Below are positions 39,551 to 53,072 of a stretch of DNA of 64,000 nt, piece by piece. Below the pieces are notes generated by a model. The model ran no database searches, was not told the DNA's origin, and saw nothing but the letters and a program-made list of their open reading frames with translations. The first letter of the stretch is position 1. Each line of letters starts with the position of its first letter. The position numbers and the translations under genes were made by a program. Source of the stretch: Octopus sinensis (taxonomy: Eukaryota); the NCBI RefSeq assembly GCF_006345805.1, contig NC_042998.1:106640001-106704000 (forward strand). The letters are read 5' to 3'.

Positions 39551-41879
39551 TGATATATGTATATATACATGTTAAATCTATACATTGGTGATAGATTCCC
39601 TGTTGGATTGTTAGAAACTGTAAAGAAGCTTATTGTATATATATGTGTGTTTGTGTATATATATGCAGGCATGATGGAGAAGTTTGTTTCCCAACTACAT
39701 AGCTTGGGTAAGTGTTTTATGCTAAAACCCTTGGCTGACCAAAGCCTCATGACTGAATTCAGTAGATGGAAACTGAAAGAAGACTTGTTTTTGTCTGTGT
39801 GTGTATGTTAATCTCTGTGTGCCTTCCCATAGACATGACTTGGGTTGCAGTGATGTTTATATCATGCATAAACAAAAAGTCCCAGGCTTGGCAGTTTGAC
39901 ATGTGAAGATTTGTGAAACAAAGACATCTTGAAAACAAGGGTTGGTGTCAGGAATATTGTCAGGCCACAGGATACTGCCTCAGGAAGTCACATCTCACCC
40001 ATTCTTGTATGGAAAAAGCTGGTTTAAAAGCCATGAGGATGTTAATGATATTGCACATAATAATTAGGTTTTTTTATGTGTGTGATGTATGTATGCTTGT
40101 GTTCCAACAGTGTGTGTCTTAGGTTCAGTACCACTGTAAGGCATTTGGGCAAGTGTTTTCTGCTATAGCCCTGGACCATCCAAAGCCTTAGGTGTGGATT
40201 TGGTGAATGGAAACTGAAAGAAGCTCACCAAGGATATTTATATGTATGTATGTTTGTACCCTTGTTTTGATATCACTTGATGATTGCAAATAAATATCAC
40301 CATCATACAAGCAATGTTGTTCATTTCCAGTCTACCATAGAAAACATGTTGGGCCATGGGAAATATTACCTTGCTTGGAAATACAGAAGGATTGGCAACA
40401 GCTAGAGTATCTAGGTGTAGACAAAACATTGGAACATTTAATGCATTTTGAAGGGAATTAGTAGATGGAGATTGTATGAAAGCCTATCATATATGTATAT
40501 GTCTATAGATGAGTATATGTGTGAATGTTGATTCTGCAAGTCTTTATTGATACTGTCTGAAAATTAAACTGACATTAATTACTTTCTCTAGTGAAGAAAT
40601 GTCCCGTACCTAGCAGATATCTGAGGACCAGTAAAATAAAAGTACCTTACTTGACAAACAAGTAGGGGTTGGTAATTGAAAGAGCTTCCTAGCTTAGAAT
40701 TTCTGCTTCAATAAGTTTCATATAATCCTTGCTAGTATGGAAGGATAGACATAAAATGATGATGATATGTATATGTGTGAGTGTTATTTGTATGCACTAA
40801 TAGTTGTGTGGTGTAAGAATGACAAGTGTATATGTGTAAAATCTAGACATGAACTCTAAACTGCATCATAAGCTGTCCGTTTATGAAGTCAGTAACTGTA
40901 GATTAGAAACAATATAGGCCAGATTAGAAGGAACAATTTATTCCTCTTACACATAACTTCTCTAGCACCAGTTATAGGATAAAATGTACCAAGTTTTGCA
41001 CAAGAAAATTGCTTAGTTTTTTTTCTGTTCCTCTGTGCAAGTGTGCAGACTCCAGTGAGGGAAGAAGCTGTTCAACCTATGTCAGCATCAAGAAATGAAC
41101 ATAAAATAATAATGGTAGATATATATATATATATATAACATGCATGCATAGACATGCACACATATATAAATATATAATCATATTTCCATCTGTTTTCCTT
41201 GCTGGCATTAGTTAAACAGGTTGTCACTGTCCAAGAGAGTTCTCATTTGAAGTTACTGTGCTCTTAGGTAGATTGGGAGACCATGTATCATGCATATGTT
41301 CTATCTTCATCATGATTTCTATAAACAAGGTGCCTTTCCTAACACCAACCATTTTACAGAATGTACTGGATGCATCTGATCATGATACCAGCATGAGAAA
41401 TAATTTTTGTCCTCAAGAGAACAAGACTAAAGAATCCATTTAGCCCTTTATTTTCTCCAGGCATTTGTCAACTTTTATTTTGGGCATATTTTATCTTGAT
41501 ACTAGTACTTGTGACATTGCCTTGCAAAGCAAAAATGTCTCCACTATTCTGCATTGCCTCTGTTTGTTTAGGGCAATATGACAAACATCACAACTAGAAC
41601 AAAAGGCACATTCAGAACATGAACTAGGATGAATGAAGAGGACAAGAAGTGAAGGTATGATGAGAGGTAACAGAGTGATTGGTGTGCCATGTTAGAATAA
41701 AAATGGCAGATTGGGATATGCAATATGAAAAGGTATAGTGAAAAGCAGACAATAAATGCAACGTGTGTGTGTAGCAGGTGGAGATGCATGCCAGTCTCGT
41801 TTCTATTAATTGCAAAATAACTTAAACAGTACTCATATCAAGTACACTATTGCACCTCCTCCTTCCTAATAGAGCCCTC

Positions 41880-42120
41880 ATGGATGCTCCAAACACTGAA
41901 CTTCGCTATTACTGAGGATCTCCACATTCTCAACATAGATAAGACAGCATCCTTAAAACTAGCCCTTATCATGGTTAGAAAACATTTCAGCTCCTAACAG
42001 TTACTGGCACCCTACAAATCTAGAGTGAGGTTTGTAATTCAGCTTTATTCCACATTCAGGGTAGTGATACTGCTATGCACATGGATTTCCTGGACTGCAT
42101 CTAGAGAAGAGCCACTTGCT
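41880..42120 (+). mobile_element. Highly degenerate CR1/Jockey-group RT C-terminal relic
   Basis: VRKHFSS*QLLAPYKSRVR resembles the RKYF..xQLLxLYKxxVR motif. Confidence 0.45.
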
Positions 42121-43549
42121 GATTGGCATTAAATTACTAACAAAATGTTCCATCCTCAAATGGCATGTAAAAAGCACCCATTACTCTCTTGGAGTGGTTG
42201 GTGTTAAGAAGGGCATCCAGCCTTCCAGAATGCCAGCCTAGTCAAACCATCCAACCCTTGCCTGCATGGACAACAGACATTAAATGATGATATGTGTGTG
42301 TATTATATATCTGTTAGATAGATATTCATTTACATGTACATGCATATACTGTCTTAATCAGTCAACAATGAAGACTCTTTTTTGATAGAGTTAGATGTGA
42401 TGTTTACAGTACTTCCCACAACTCATCCAGAGTGCAGTTCTTCAGTAAAATGCAGCATTTACAAATAAGTTACACTAGTATAAGTACAGGCATAGCTGTG
42501 TGGTCAAGAAGTTTGCTTTGCAGCCATGTCTTTCTAGTTCTGTCCCACTGTGTGGTACATTGAGAAAGTGTTGTCTGCTATATCCTCAGACCAGCCAATA
42601 CCTTGTGAGGGAATTTTGTAAATAGAAACTGTTTAGAAAATGTTTGTGTATGTATGAGTTATTTGTGTGCATATGTGTGTATGCTCATTTGTTTTAGTCT
42701 TCCATCACTTGACAGCTATTTTTGGTTCGTTTACATCTCCATAACTGAACAGTTCAGCTAAAAACAAATGATAGGATAAGTACCAAACTTAGAAATAAGT
42801 ATTGGGGATAAATTTGATTGACTAAACCCTGCAAAGCTTTGCCCCTGTATGCCCACAGTGCAATGACTACATGGCATATTCTCTCCACATACAAATATTT
42901 TTTTTTCCCTTAAACATAATATGAACAAGACATTTCTAAAGACTTATGTAACTTTACATCCAAACAGTGCATCGCATCTGCCAAATGTTTTAACATGTAT
43001 TTCTGATGTATCCTTATCTTCATCGTCCTCATCATTTTAATGTCCGCTTTCCATATTCATATGGGTCAGGTGGAATTTGTTGAGTCATTTTCTGACTGGG
43101 TGCCCAGACATGTTTTCATAGAAGATTCAAAATGAAGGACAGCACTTGCATGTTGGTGACACTTGTTTATAGCAATCATGTAATGTCAAGACAAGGCGAC
43201 AGTACAGGCTTCTTCTAGTCTCCCAATCCACTTGCAAGGATTTTGTTGACCTGGGGTTATAGTAGAAGACACTTGCCCAAGGTGCCATGCTGTGGGGCTG
43301 AACCCAAAACCATATGGTTGGGAGGCGGACTTTTTACCAGACACCCACACCTGCACCTGTCTGTAAATACATATATGTGTATATATAAGTATGCACACAC
43401 ATAAGCATACACCATTTATTCTTTTTAACAGTTTCAGTCATTTGACTACTTCCATACTAAGGCACTATCTCTAAAAGTTTAGTTGAACAGTCAAAGAGTA
43501 TTTCTGCTATACAAGATACTAATATTTTTTTCATTATTATCATAATATA

Positions 43550-44020
43550 CCTGAGGCAAGTTATATATACAAGGAGATGCAGGTCCTACTTTAGGTCCCA
43601 TATTTGCAGCGGTTTTGTAGCCATAATAGAAAATAGAGAAGCATACAATATACCCCAAATGTGCAGACAATATACTAATCATAATGGTCATGCCAGCAGA
43701 CACTGAAGAATTAAAAGGCTCACTAAAATTTAGCATCCAGAACAGTACAAACATAACTCCAAGCTATGCAATGATTCCAATTCTAGACATAAATGTTAAG
43801 GTAAAAACTAACAGATACCACACATCCATATTTATACAGATACAAAATGTCAGTGGTAAAATCTCCATTGAAAACATCATTTAGATTCTCTTTCACATAA
43901 TGATGCACTCAATACAGATATCTACAAAATGAAACAGACATCAGTAATGGCTTTTCTAACAAATTAATAGACAAAATCATGGAACAGTATATGTACAAAC
44001 ACAACGAACATGCCAGAAGC
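43550..44020 (+). mobile_element. Degenerate Penelope-like element RT
   Basis: GKLYIQGDAGPTLGPIFAA (cf. Q.DG..MGSPL.P..A), YPKCADNILII (cf. YxRYVDDIF), IPILDINVKV...YHTSI (cf. LPFLDV...TxVY), NGFSNKLIDKI (cf. NGYP). Confidence 0.7.
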
Positions 44021-44144
44021 CTCTCTGTATCAACTTAAATGTCTCTGTTTCACAGTTATACAACAAAAAAAATATATATTAGTGTCATTTTCTTGTGTAT
44101 ATATTGAAATGATGGTAAAAATTGTAATTTTCAAAATGAATCCC

Positions 44145-44415
44145 ATAACCTCTGAATTCTTTTGGCAATTTCACCCTTAAGATTTACATCTGTGTTTTTC
44201 ATGCTTTCCAAATATTTAGAAGTGATACTTTTTTTAAAGTGTTATTATATACTGTAATTTTAGGATCCACATGGATTTTCTCAAGACAAAGTTGATCATG
44301 AATAACAGTTTTGTCATGATTTATTGTGAACCTTAACATGTTGCATGCCAGTGAAACTGTATTCATAGGAGTTTGGAGATCTTTTCCCATTTTGTACTGC
44401 AATATCTCATTCATC
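44145..44415 (-). mobile_element. Degenerate RTE-type LINE RT fragment
   Basis: LACNMLRFTINHDKTV...YLESMKNTDVNLKGEIAKRIQ (cf. GLxINxxKT...YLGS...EIxxRI). Confidence 0.6.
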
Positions 44416-44696
44416 AGTGTACAAGAGGTCTCTTAATCAGTGATACAAAAATGTATGATTTATAATTAAGCTGTTTGAGGTTGAATAATTTACCAGTTGT
44501 AGCATATATATACATGCATACATGCATGCCCTCAAAGTAGTCTTTAAAAGTAATTGCTGCGAAATATACAACAGGGTTGGATCTTGCCAGTTTTGCACAA
44601 TTGTTTATAGAAAATGGATGAGCATTCTATATTCATTACAGCACATGCTCTCCTTTTGGAATACCATCAACACCTTTGTCTTTATTTGCTTATTAA

Positions 44697-44916
44697 CCCT
44701 TTAGTATTCAGATTATTCTGGTAAATGTATTCTTTATTTGTTCACATTATTTTGAATTAATCATGCATTATCTCATAGCTTCAAGATTTTGTTGATGTGG
44801 TAATTTATTTTTAGAATGACATTGCAGAATAAGTGTGAAAGGCCAGATATGGCCATTCTGAACATAAAGTGGGTAGAATATTTTGGCTGAATATGCCCAG
44901 TTTAAATGCCAAGGGG
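44697..44916. mobile_element. piggyBac-type MITE
   Basis: TTAA at 44693-44696 and 44917-44920; imperfect TIRs ccctttagtattca / taaatgccaagggg. Confidence 0.75.
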
Positions 44917-45351
44917 TTAAGGAACTTTACTCCCTTCACTCTTTGCTTCTTTGATACAAACTTCCTGTTTGAAAATGATCTAATTTCATGTTAATTTATG
45001 TTCCAAACATCAGCTTGATGACAAATTCATTTTATTTAATTAATTGAAACTGAGTTTGTAGTTTAATAGAAATATGGTAGCAAAAGGGTTACATCATGTT
45101 TATGGTCTTTGCTCAATTTCCTGTGCTCCTATTTGGGCTAAAAATGGTAAACCAAATAACATTCTGTAAGTGTCTAGAATATTTTAATAATCTGTTAGGC
45201 TTACGTCCTTTTCAGAAGTCACTCACTCTGCAAATTCCAATAAAACACTTTTTTGATAATTGAACTACTTTCAATGAAGTAGGAGCTGCTTGCTGCAAAC
45301 TTGAAAATAGTGAAGTTTCAAACACAAACATTTATTTTTGTACATGCACAC

Positions 45352-45389
<38 letters not shown>

Positions 45390-46544
45390 GTATGCAATGT
45401 GTGTGTGTATGCATATGTGAGTGTATATGAAGGTGCAGTGATTGTTTAGCTCTAAATTGTTAGTCTTGGGTTTGATTCTTGGACTAGGTAGTGCAGTGTC
45501 TTTGAGCAAGGCACTTTTTTTTCTTTTGTTACTTTACATCACTTCAGTTTTTTTATATATGTATATGTCAATGTGTGCAATATGTGGAAACACATATATA
45601 TTTATATATGAAGGGCAGACATGTTGCAAAGTTTACCTACCATATAGGTTCAGGTTTGATTCTTGGGCTAGTGTCTTCTATTGTAGCCCCAGGTCAACAA
45701 ATCCTTGTAAGTGGATTTGGTAGACAGAAATTGAAAGAAGCCTATTGTGTGTGTATTGACATTTGCACTTCTAAAAGTTACTCAAGCAGTAGTCTTTCCC
45801 CTGACTCAGGTTGTCCACTGATTTTGTACCTTCAAAGGCATATGAAATATGTTACCCCTAACTTGAAAGAAACATATGGATTTGCAACCAGTAGTTCACA
45901 AAAAGACCATCTGACTGTGAAATATATATTTGTCTAACCCATACTTGTGTGGAAAAAACAGGTGTAAAAATGAATGAACGAATCTGAGAATGTATATTTA
46001 TATAGGTATAGTATGTGTGTATTGTATATAAAGATGTATAAATTGTTGGTATTTTTTTTTGCATCCTATTCTAGTACTATTAAGACTCACTCTTTTGAAA
46101 TCACCAGCAGATAGATCTTTTATTGTGATTGTTAGGATATCACAGAGATCTCTGTGGAGTTTCCTTGCACAAGAAAACACATGAAAGATATTTGGGTAGG
46201 AGCAGTCATCATGCTTTAGTTGCCTGTACATCCTCCCCCTCCTTTAAAGCGCTATCAGTTCCTAGGAAGTACTCTCTTGTTGCTATATTGGTTATGTCTT
46301 CATCATCATAAGAACCTGTAACTGAGATGTACTTCATTTTGATGATGTGTATGCAGCCATCATGTTTATTTGTATACATTTATATTTATGTGTGTGGGTG
46401 TATGAGGGTTTTACTGATAGTAATGCAAAAGCGAGCATGTTTGTTGCTTTTTTTAAACTGAAATGGGTCATTCAGACTGCACATGTTAGAATAACTGACC
46501 TGGCCAATTTACTAATTACCTGATTTCTTGCCAAAGATATTTGT

Positions 46545-47220
46545 AGCCATATATTGTCAACATCTCTTAGCTTTTTGAATGTCTCAGTATACAACTTGCT
46601 ATTCTTGGTGTAGCAACTTTCTAGAAATCAAAGAGTATAACGTCCTTGTCATCCCCCATGATTTCTGCGTGAATCACTGGTTCTTGAACTCCTTAGACTT
46701 TGGAGAAGAGATGTGACACTATTCCATGTCAGGAGATAAAGAAAAAATATGAGGTCTGCCCATGTCTTCAGTGGCTTTAAATGCTTCCAGATGAGAGTAA
46801 AACTTTCTCCCTTCTTTCTTTCAAATCGAGTGTCATTTGCCTTAGAACTAACTCATTTTGCATACACTTTGTGTTGCTCAGTCTTCCATCATTTTCTGTA
46901 ATGCATTGTGACCACTACCCAGTTGTGCAGCAAGCTCACAGTGATTTGTCAGACCATGCGAATTAATTCGTCCACTCGCTGGAAATTCGTGTTGGTGGTC
47001 ACAGTTGATGGCCAGTCACTGCGTGATTTGTCTTCATTGTTGTTTTCCTCTTTATACTTTATCCATCTGTGCACATTGATCTTGTCAATGGTGTCATCTT
47101 TGAAAACAAAACAACCTGTATCATTCTGTGATGTTAGACAGCCTACACACCTCCTTCGTCAAGAAGTCAATGAGGGCACATTGTTGTTGCTTGGAACCAA
47201 TTATTTGTCTGCAATGAAAG
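46545..47220 (-). mobile_element. Degenerate mariner transposase (N-terminal two-thirds)
   Basis: CALIDFLTKE...INVHRWIKY...SRSDWPSTVTTNTNFQRVDELIR...SKEFKNQ...DVILFDFLES...YTETFKKLR; many stops and frameshifts. Confidence 0.8.
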
Positions 47221-48454
47221 AAGACCAGGAAGGAGAGTTACTTTACCTACATGTGCAATTTGAGCAACCTATGTTAATGAAAAGTTATTTTCACTCTTGC
47301 AATATTTTCGGTAGAACCCTCGTGTACACGCGCGGCAGATTGGCAGAAACGTTAGTGCCCGATGGAAAGCCTTTGGTATGTTTGTTCCCAACTCTGGGTT
47401 CATTTCATGCTCAGGTCAACTTTTGTCTTTCATATGTTAGTGCACGATAAAACGGTACTATTCCAGAGCAGTAAGATGGGCTGAACGTAAGAGCAGATAC
47501 CTTCTTTGCTTTCAGAATTCAAATTCCACCATAACCTATTTGGCTAGCAGGCTTAAACCCGGTCTAACACCACATCCTGGTGCCTCAGATATCTTCAGTA
47601 GAGTCCATTCTGTTTGGAAACATTCGGGCCAGGTCACTTAGTTTATAGGATATCTTCCCACCCGTCCACCTGTCTCATAGACCCTGTAAATTATCTTCCC
47701 TCCTGACTAAATGATTGTGTGTGTTTAACTCATTTTATTTGAATGAAATGTTAATTTTATCATTATTATGTCATCATCACATCATATTAGATATTGTTAA
47801 TAATGTCTAATTATATAAAAAAAAGTCTTATGGTTTTAATTCATTCATATTCGCTAAAAGCAACCTTATTTTACTTTCCGTTTTGTAATGTTTTCTACTA
47901 TCTTAAACGTCTACTATCGAGACAAATCAAAACATTCCGATGGAAATATAACCATATATGTAACGGACAATGCGCAACATCTGAAATATTGCTATAGCTT
48001 TTTTTTCATACCCAGACTTGTATTCTGAAATAGCTTAGATCCGGAAATGATATATGTGAATGAACTTCACACACATGCACACGTATTCTGTCGGGGTTGT
48101 CTTCAGTTTGAGGCTCCTCTCTCTTCTTTCCCTCTTATCAGTCTCCCGAAAAGGGCCACTGGGCATTCCCTTCGGAGACATTAAAAAATCTTAAACATAT
48201 ACACACGTAAGTCCTGGGTTATTTGTTCTTTTGGCATCTTAAAAATTAAAGAACTCAAAAGTATATGGGCTGTTAACACGCACACATATATATATATGAT
48301 ATATAAATGCTTAAAGTATAAATATATTCATGTATATCGATATATCGAATTATACATACACACAGATATATATATATATATAATATATATAAATGCTTAA
48401 AGTATAATATATTCATATATATCGATATATCGATTATACACACACACACACATA

Positions 48455-48515
<61 letters not shown>

Positions 48516-48519
<4 letters not shown>

Positions 48520-48729
48520 TGCGGCAAAAGTAACGCCCTTTTGTATTTGAGTTTTCTAGTTTCTAATTGAGGTTTTTTATATATTTCCTAAAACTTCTGC
48601 GATATTTTTCATTGGCTATTCGTTTCTTAAAGTAATGCAATAAATTTGTTCAATAAAAAATTGCTTAAAACATTTATATACTATAAAAATTATTAAATGC
48701 AAAAAGGTCGTTACTTCTTCTGCACCCTG
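48516..48729. mobile_element. Tc1/mariner-type MITE
   Basis: Imperfect TIRs ggtgcggcaaaagtaacgcccttttg / caaaaaggtcgttacttcttctgcaccctg, flanked by TA. Confidence 0.7.
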
Positions 48730-48959
48730 TACATATATATATGTATATACACCATTTATTAAAAATATTTATGGAATATATGTATCACAATAAAGATATA
48801 TATGTTATATTTTATTTAAATACGAATATATATATATATACACACTCAGACATACTGTATTATATACGCAAAACATGAATTATTATAAAGATTGTATATA
48901 TAATTTGTTGGTGTGAATTAGACTGCGAAAATATAAGCCTTATTTCTCTGGCTATATGA

Positions 48960-49750
48960 ATAAATATGCTATTTCTTAAAAGCCATTACTAATATCATCA
49001 TGACGGTGATGATAGTGGTTCATGGCGGTGGTGTGTTGGTAATGGTTGCTTGCAGTTGTTGGCCCGTGCTCCATTTTATATATACAAGCCAGCCTGTCTT
49101 TACTCCTCGTACATACATACACCGCACTGCTTGGGAAGCAGTTATGGTGGTTGGCCAAGGCAGGCAGCAAAACAGCACACACACATACACACGGACTTGT
49201 ATGTTGTTTGTCTGGCTTGGCAATGGCTGGGCTTAGTCTTGCTAGCTAGGTTGCTTTGCTAGAATACTATTTCTGTTCGTCGTCGTTATCGACGTCACTG
49301 GTGGAAAGCAGGCAGCGCAGACATTGTTATATACACCCCCATCCTTCGTTAAAAAAATACCAAAAACAGACACTGACTAAACTAACAATAATAATGAACA
49401 ATTTCTAACTCGATTTTATTAATTTTCCCTTTTTATTTCGCTTCTGTAATTCTTAAAATCAAATCAGAACAGCAACTTGCATATAGTAATTATGATCGGT
49501 TAATTTTCTCGCATCACCGTAGTGTCGTCTGTTTGTTCTCTCTCTCTCACTGTGTGTGTTGTAGTGATATTTTACTTTGTTTTCTTGTATTTTTACAAGA
49601 ATCTGGTTTCTCCTGGTGTTTCTTCATCAGAAATATACGTTCCGCTTTTTGTAGTCGATCGCAGGCGACTACCGCCATTATTATAGTCAATTGTACGCTG
49701 GATACGAGTTCACTTTCATTAAAGCATTATTGAAATATAAAATCTTAGAA
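48960..49750. promoter_or_regulatory. CpG-rich unique segment, candidate promoter or first-exon region
   Basis: Non-repetitive and CpG-dense, lying between two CpG-depleted domains; function is inferred only. Confidence 0.35.
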
Positions 49751-51513
49751 ATATCGTTATATCTGCAATGTTTTAAAAACTAATGCAGTTTTATATATAT
49801 ATATATATATATATCATATAATTTATGCTATTTGTGGTTAACTATAACGTATGTAATTTATAATATATTGTCTTCTCGCAAATTCTTTTCATATCTAATA
49901 TATATACACTTATATATGAAGAATATACGTTTGTGTGTACATAATGCAACCTTTGCTTGCTGTATTAATTGTACTCTATTCCACGCCATTATCATTGCTG
50001 TTACTGCAATTTATATAACCATTCAACTCTTGTTTTCAGTGATAAGGGCAACTACAACAGTACCATAAGTAATCATGCTACCGTGAACATCACCATCAAT
50101 CACAGACTTTTGTAACATATAATTAACTATCAGTTACTTTGACTCCTGTTCGTTTCTTATCCCCTGCACTCAAACATTAAAGCTAATGGTAGTGGTGGTA
50201 GTGTTCTTTGCGTACGACTAATTACAACTGTTACTACTCCTAATACTTATCTTCTCCTTCGTCCTCACTCTCAACTCTGCGCGCTTTCTTTCTCACTGCC
50301 CTGCTCCTCCTTTTGCTTTTATTAAATCTGTTTCTTTTTAAAACAAGGACTACTAGTAGTCATCAATTATTCACCATCGCCATTACTGAAGCGTACACAC
50401 ACGCACTACATTTTAGACACAGACACTTATGCAATGTGTACCGTACTCTCACATACATTAGAGCATATACACACACACACACTTATCCTACGACCTCCAG
50501 TTACTATCATTATAATCCTCTCATCTCTTTATTCCTCTCTATTATCTCACTCCGCTAATCCGCTCTCTATTTCTTTTTCCCTTCCTCCTCCTTCTCTCTC
50601 TCTCTCTCTCTGAACTATCTTATTCCCTCACCTCTTTTTTCCTCCCCTCCAGCTGCTACTCTCTTTCTGAGATATTCTGCCGAAGGCCTACCACCATCCA
50701 TGGCTGATTTCAACATAGTAACTGTCGAATCTCTATGAACTGCCTGCTTTCTGTTGGTTGCGGTGGTGGTCGAGCTTTTCTAATATTAGGAGCAGACATA
50801 AAAATAAATAAATATTCTCCTTACGTTGCTCGCTTGTGCGCTTTATGTTTTTTTTAGCTTTATATTGCTTTTGGCAGAAGAAAATAGAATAATTATAGTT
50901 GCTAGGTTTTTTTATAGACCTATGTCATCGAGAAGTTTCCTCCTCCTCTATCTAATTTTCCTCAAAACAAAACAAATATGGTCTTGATGTGAATTTTCTT
51001 CATTATTTTGAACTGAAATTAATGATATTGAAAGTCAAGTAATCCCCCTAAGTTTTCTGACTAGCAACGAAGCAATTTCAATACAACACACACATATAAG
51101 GGACAGATTATTGAAATATATTTATTTCTTTATTGCTAACAGGGAGCTAAACATAGAGGGGACAAACAAGGACAAAGGGATTAAGTTGGTTACATCGACC
51201 CAGTGCGTAACTGGTACTTATTTTATCGACTTCTAAAGGATGAAAGGCTAAGTCGACCTCGGCGGAATTTGAACTCAGAACGTAACAGCAGACGAAATAC
51301 CGCTAGGCATTTCGCCCGGCTGCTAACACTTCTGTGTGTAGTGTATATAATACATTTACGTGTATACATATATGTAATTTTTGTGTGCGTTTATGTACAT
51401 ATATGTTACTGTTTTTGAGAGATTACAACCTCGATATTGGATTAAAAAGTGTGTATTTATATATGTTTCTGTGAATTTGTGTATGTGTATAATAGTTTTC
51501 ACGACGAGAAAGA

Positions 51514-51555
51514 TATTGACTTTAAAGCTTCAGCGCAGTTGCCTTCGTCAGACTG
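51514..51555 (-). ncRNA. Degenerate hammerhead-like motif
   Basis: CUGACGA-AGGC-AACUGC-GCU-GAAG-CUUUAAAG-UC: palindromic stem III, but GAAA is GAAG and stem I is poor. Confidence 0.3.
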
Positions 51556-52998
51556 AAGTACATTTGGTTTTCCAGGCCTTATATTTATTTTGCTTCATCG
51601 TGTTAGTTTAGCATTATTGCTGCAAAGTAGTTGTGATGCTAAATTATTGTGTCATTGTTATGATAAATTTCCCATGTCTTCATATATATATATATATGTA
51701 TATATGTGAGAGAGAGATAAATCTATTTCGGGGAGTGACAAGTTAAAAAAAAACTAATTCTATACGTCAACTTAGAATAAAATACTCAAAGATTAGCTTG
51801 CAAGTGAATAAAAATGTAATCCATAATTGTTAGTTTGATTAAATATTTTATACATAAGTGTGTGTGTGTGTGTGTATATATCATCATTATTTTAACATCC
51901 ATTATTTTATACCTGCATCGGTCAGACAAAATCTATTGATTCAGGATGCTCTTCCTGTGACTAATCTTTACCTACATGCATGTAAAATGATATTTTACCT
52001 TGTTGCTCCAACTACAAAGTACAATATGCTTTTAGGAAAAATTGCAAGCAAACAGCACTACGTGCATAATGTGATATTTGTTTACAGTTTGCATGTGATG
52101 TTCATCAAGGTGAGGCACACATAAACATGCATACGCATACATACATAAATGTGTGTGCAGAGAGAGAGATACGACTGGTTTCTTTCAGTTTCCATTTGTT
52201 ATATCCCACACAAGGCCAGAGGCTTTAGTAGATGACCTTGGTGCTGTGCTGTGGAACTAAGCAAGAAACTGCATGAAGCTAATTATATGTGTAAATATAT
52301 GTGTGTATATGTACCTATTACACTCTAAAGACAAATCTTGAATAGAGCCTTTATTCTTATCAAGGACATGACTCCTTCCTAGTAATGGTATCATGAGTAG
52401 AATGGTTAGCATTAGAATGGGTGTCCAATACAAAAATGGAACTAACAAGCAAGATGCAGTCTTCTAATTTGTCAATAATATCAGCGTCATTGAATATGCG
52501 GTGACTTGCCCAATTGGTGAATGGTAAAACAATGATGTGTGTATTTATAATATATTTGACCGTCCCTTAAATTGTAAGCTGAAACTGTGTGTATATAGAT
52601 ATGTATATGTACACATATGTATGTTTGTGTCAAGTGGTAGTTGTAAATGAGTGTCACTATCATACAAGCAGCAGTGTTCTTTTCCATTATTCTGTGAAAA
52701 CATGTTTGGCCTTGGAGAAATATTACCTTGCTTGGAAACAGGTACAGGTTGGCAATAGGAAAGACATCCTGACATGGAAAATCTGCTTTTGTAGACTCCA
52801 TCCAATCCATACAAACATGGAAAAGTGGACATTAAAACAATGATGACAATATAATATATCAAGTTTACAGTCTACTCAGTTTCATCCAAGGCTATAAGGT
52901 TATTCACAACCGTTATCCACTCTGCCCAACATATTAAGTCATACATCAGATAATGTTTGCACTGCATAAAATATATTTTCAATATGATTTACAACTTT

Positions 52999-53072
<74 letters not shown>

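Noticed and set aside
41571-41654. Apparent exon with good acceptor (gtttag|) and donor (|gtatga)
   Set aside because: Stops in all three frames; at most a non-coding exon, with no further support.
46070-46330. Possible RTE endonuclease relic (…DLSAGDFK…)
   Set aside because: Only one motif is vaguely recognisable; too decayed to call.
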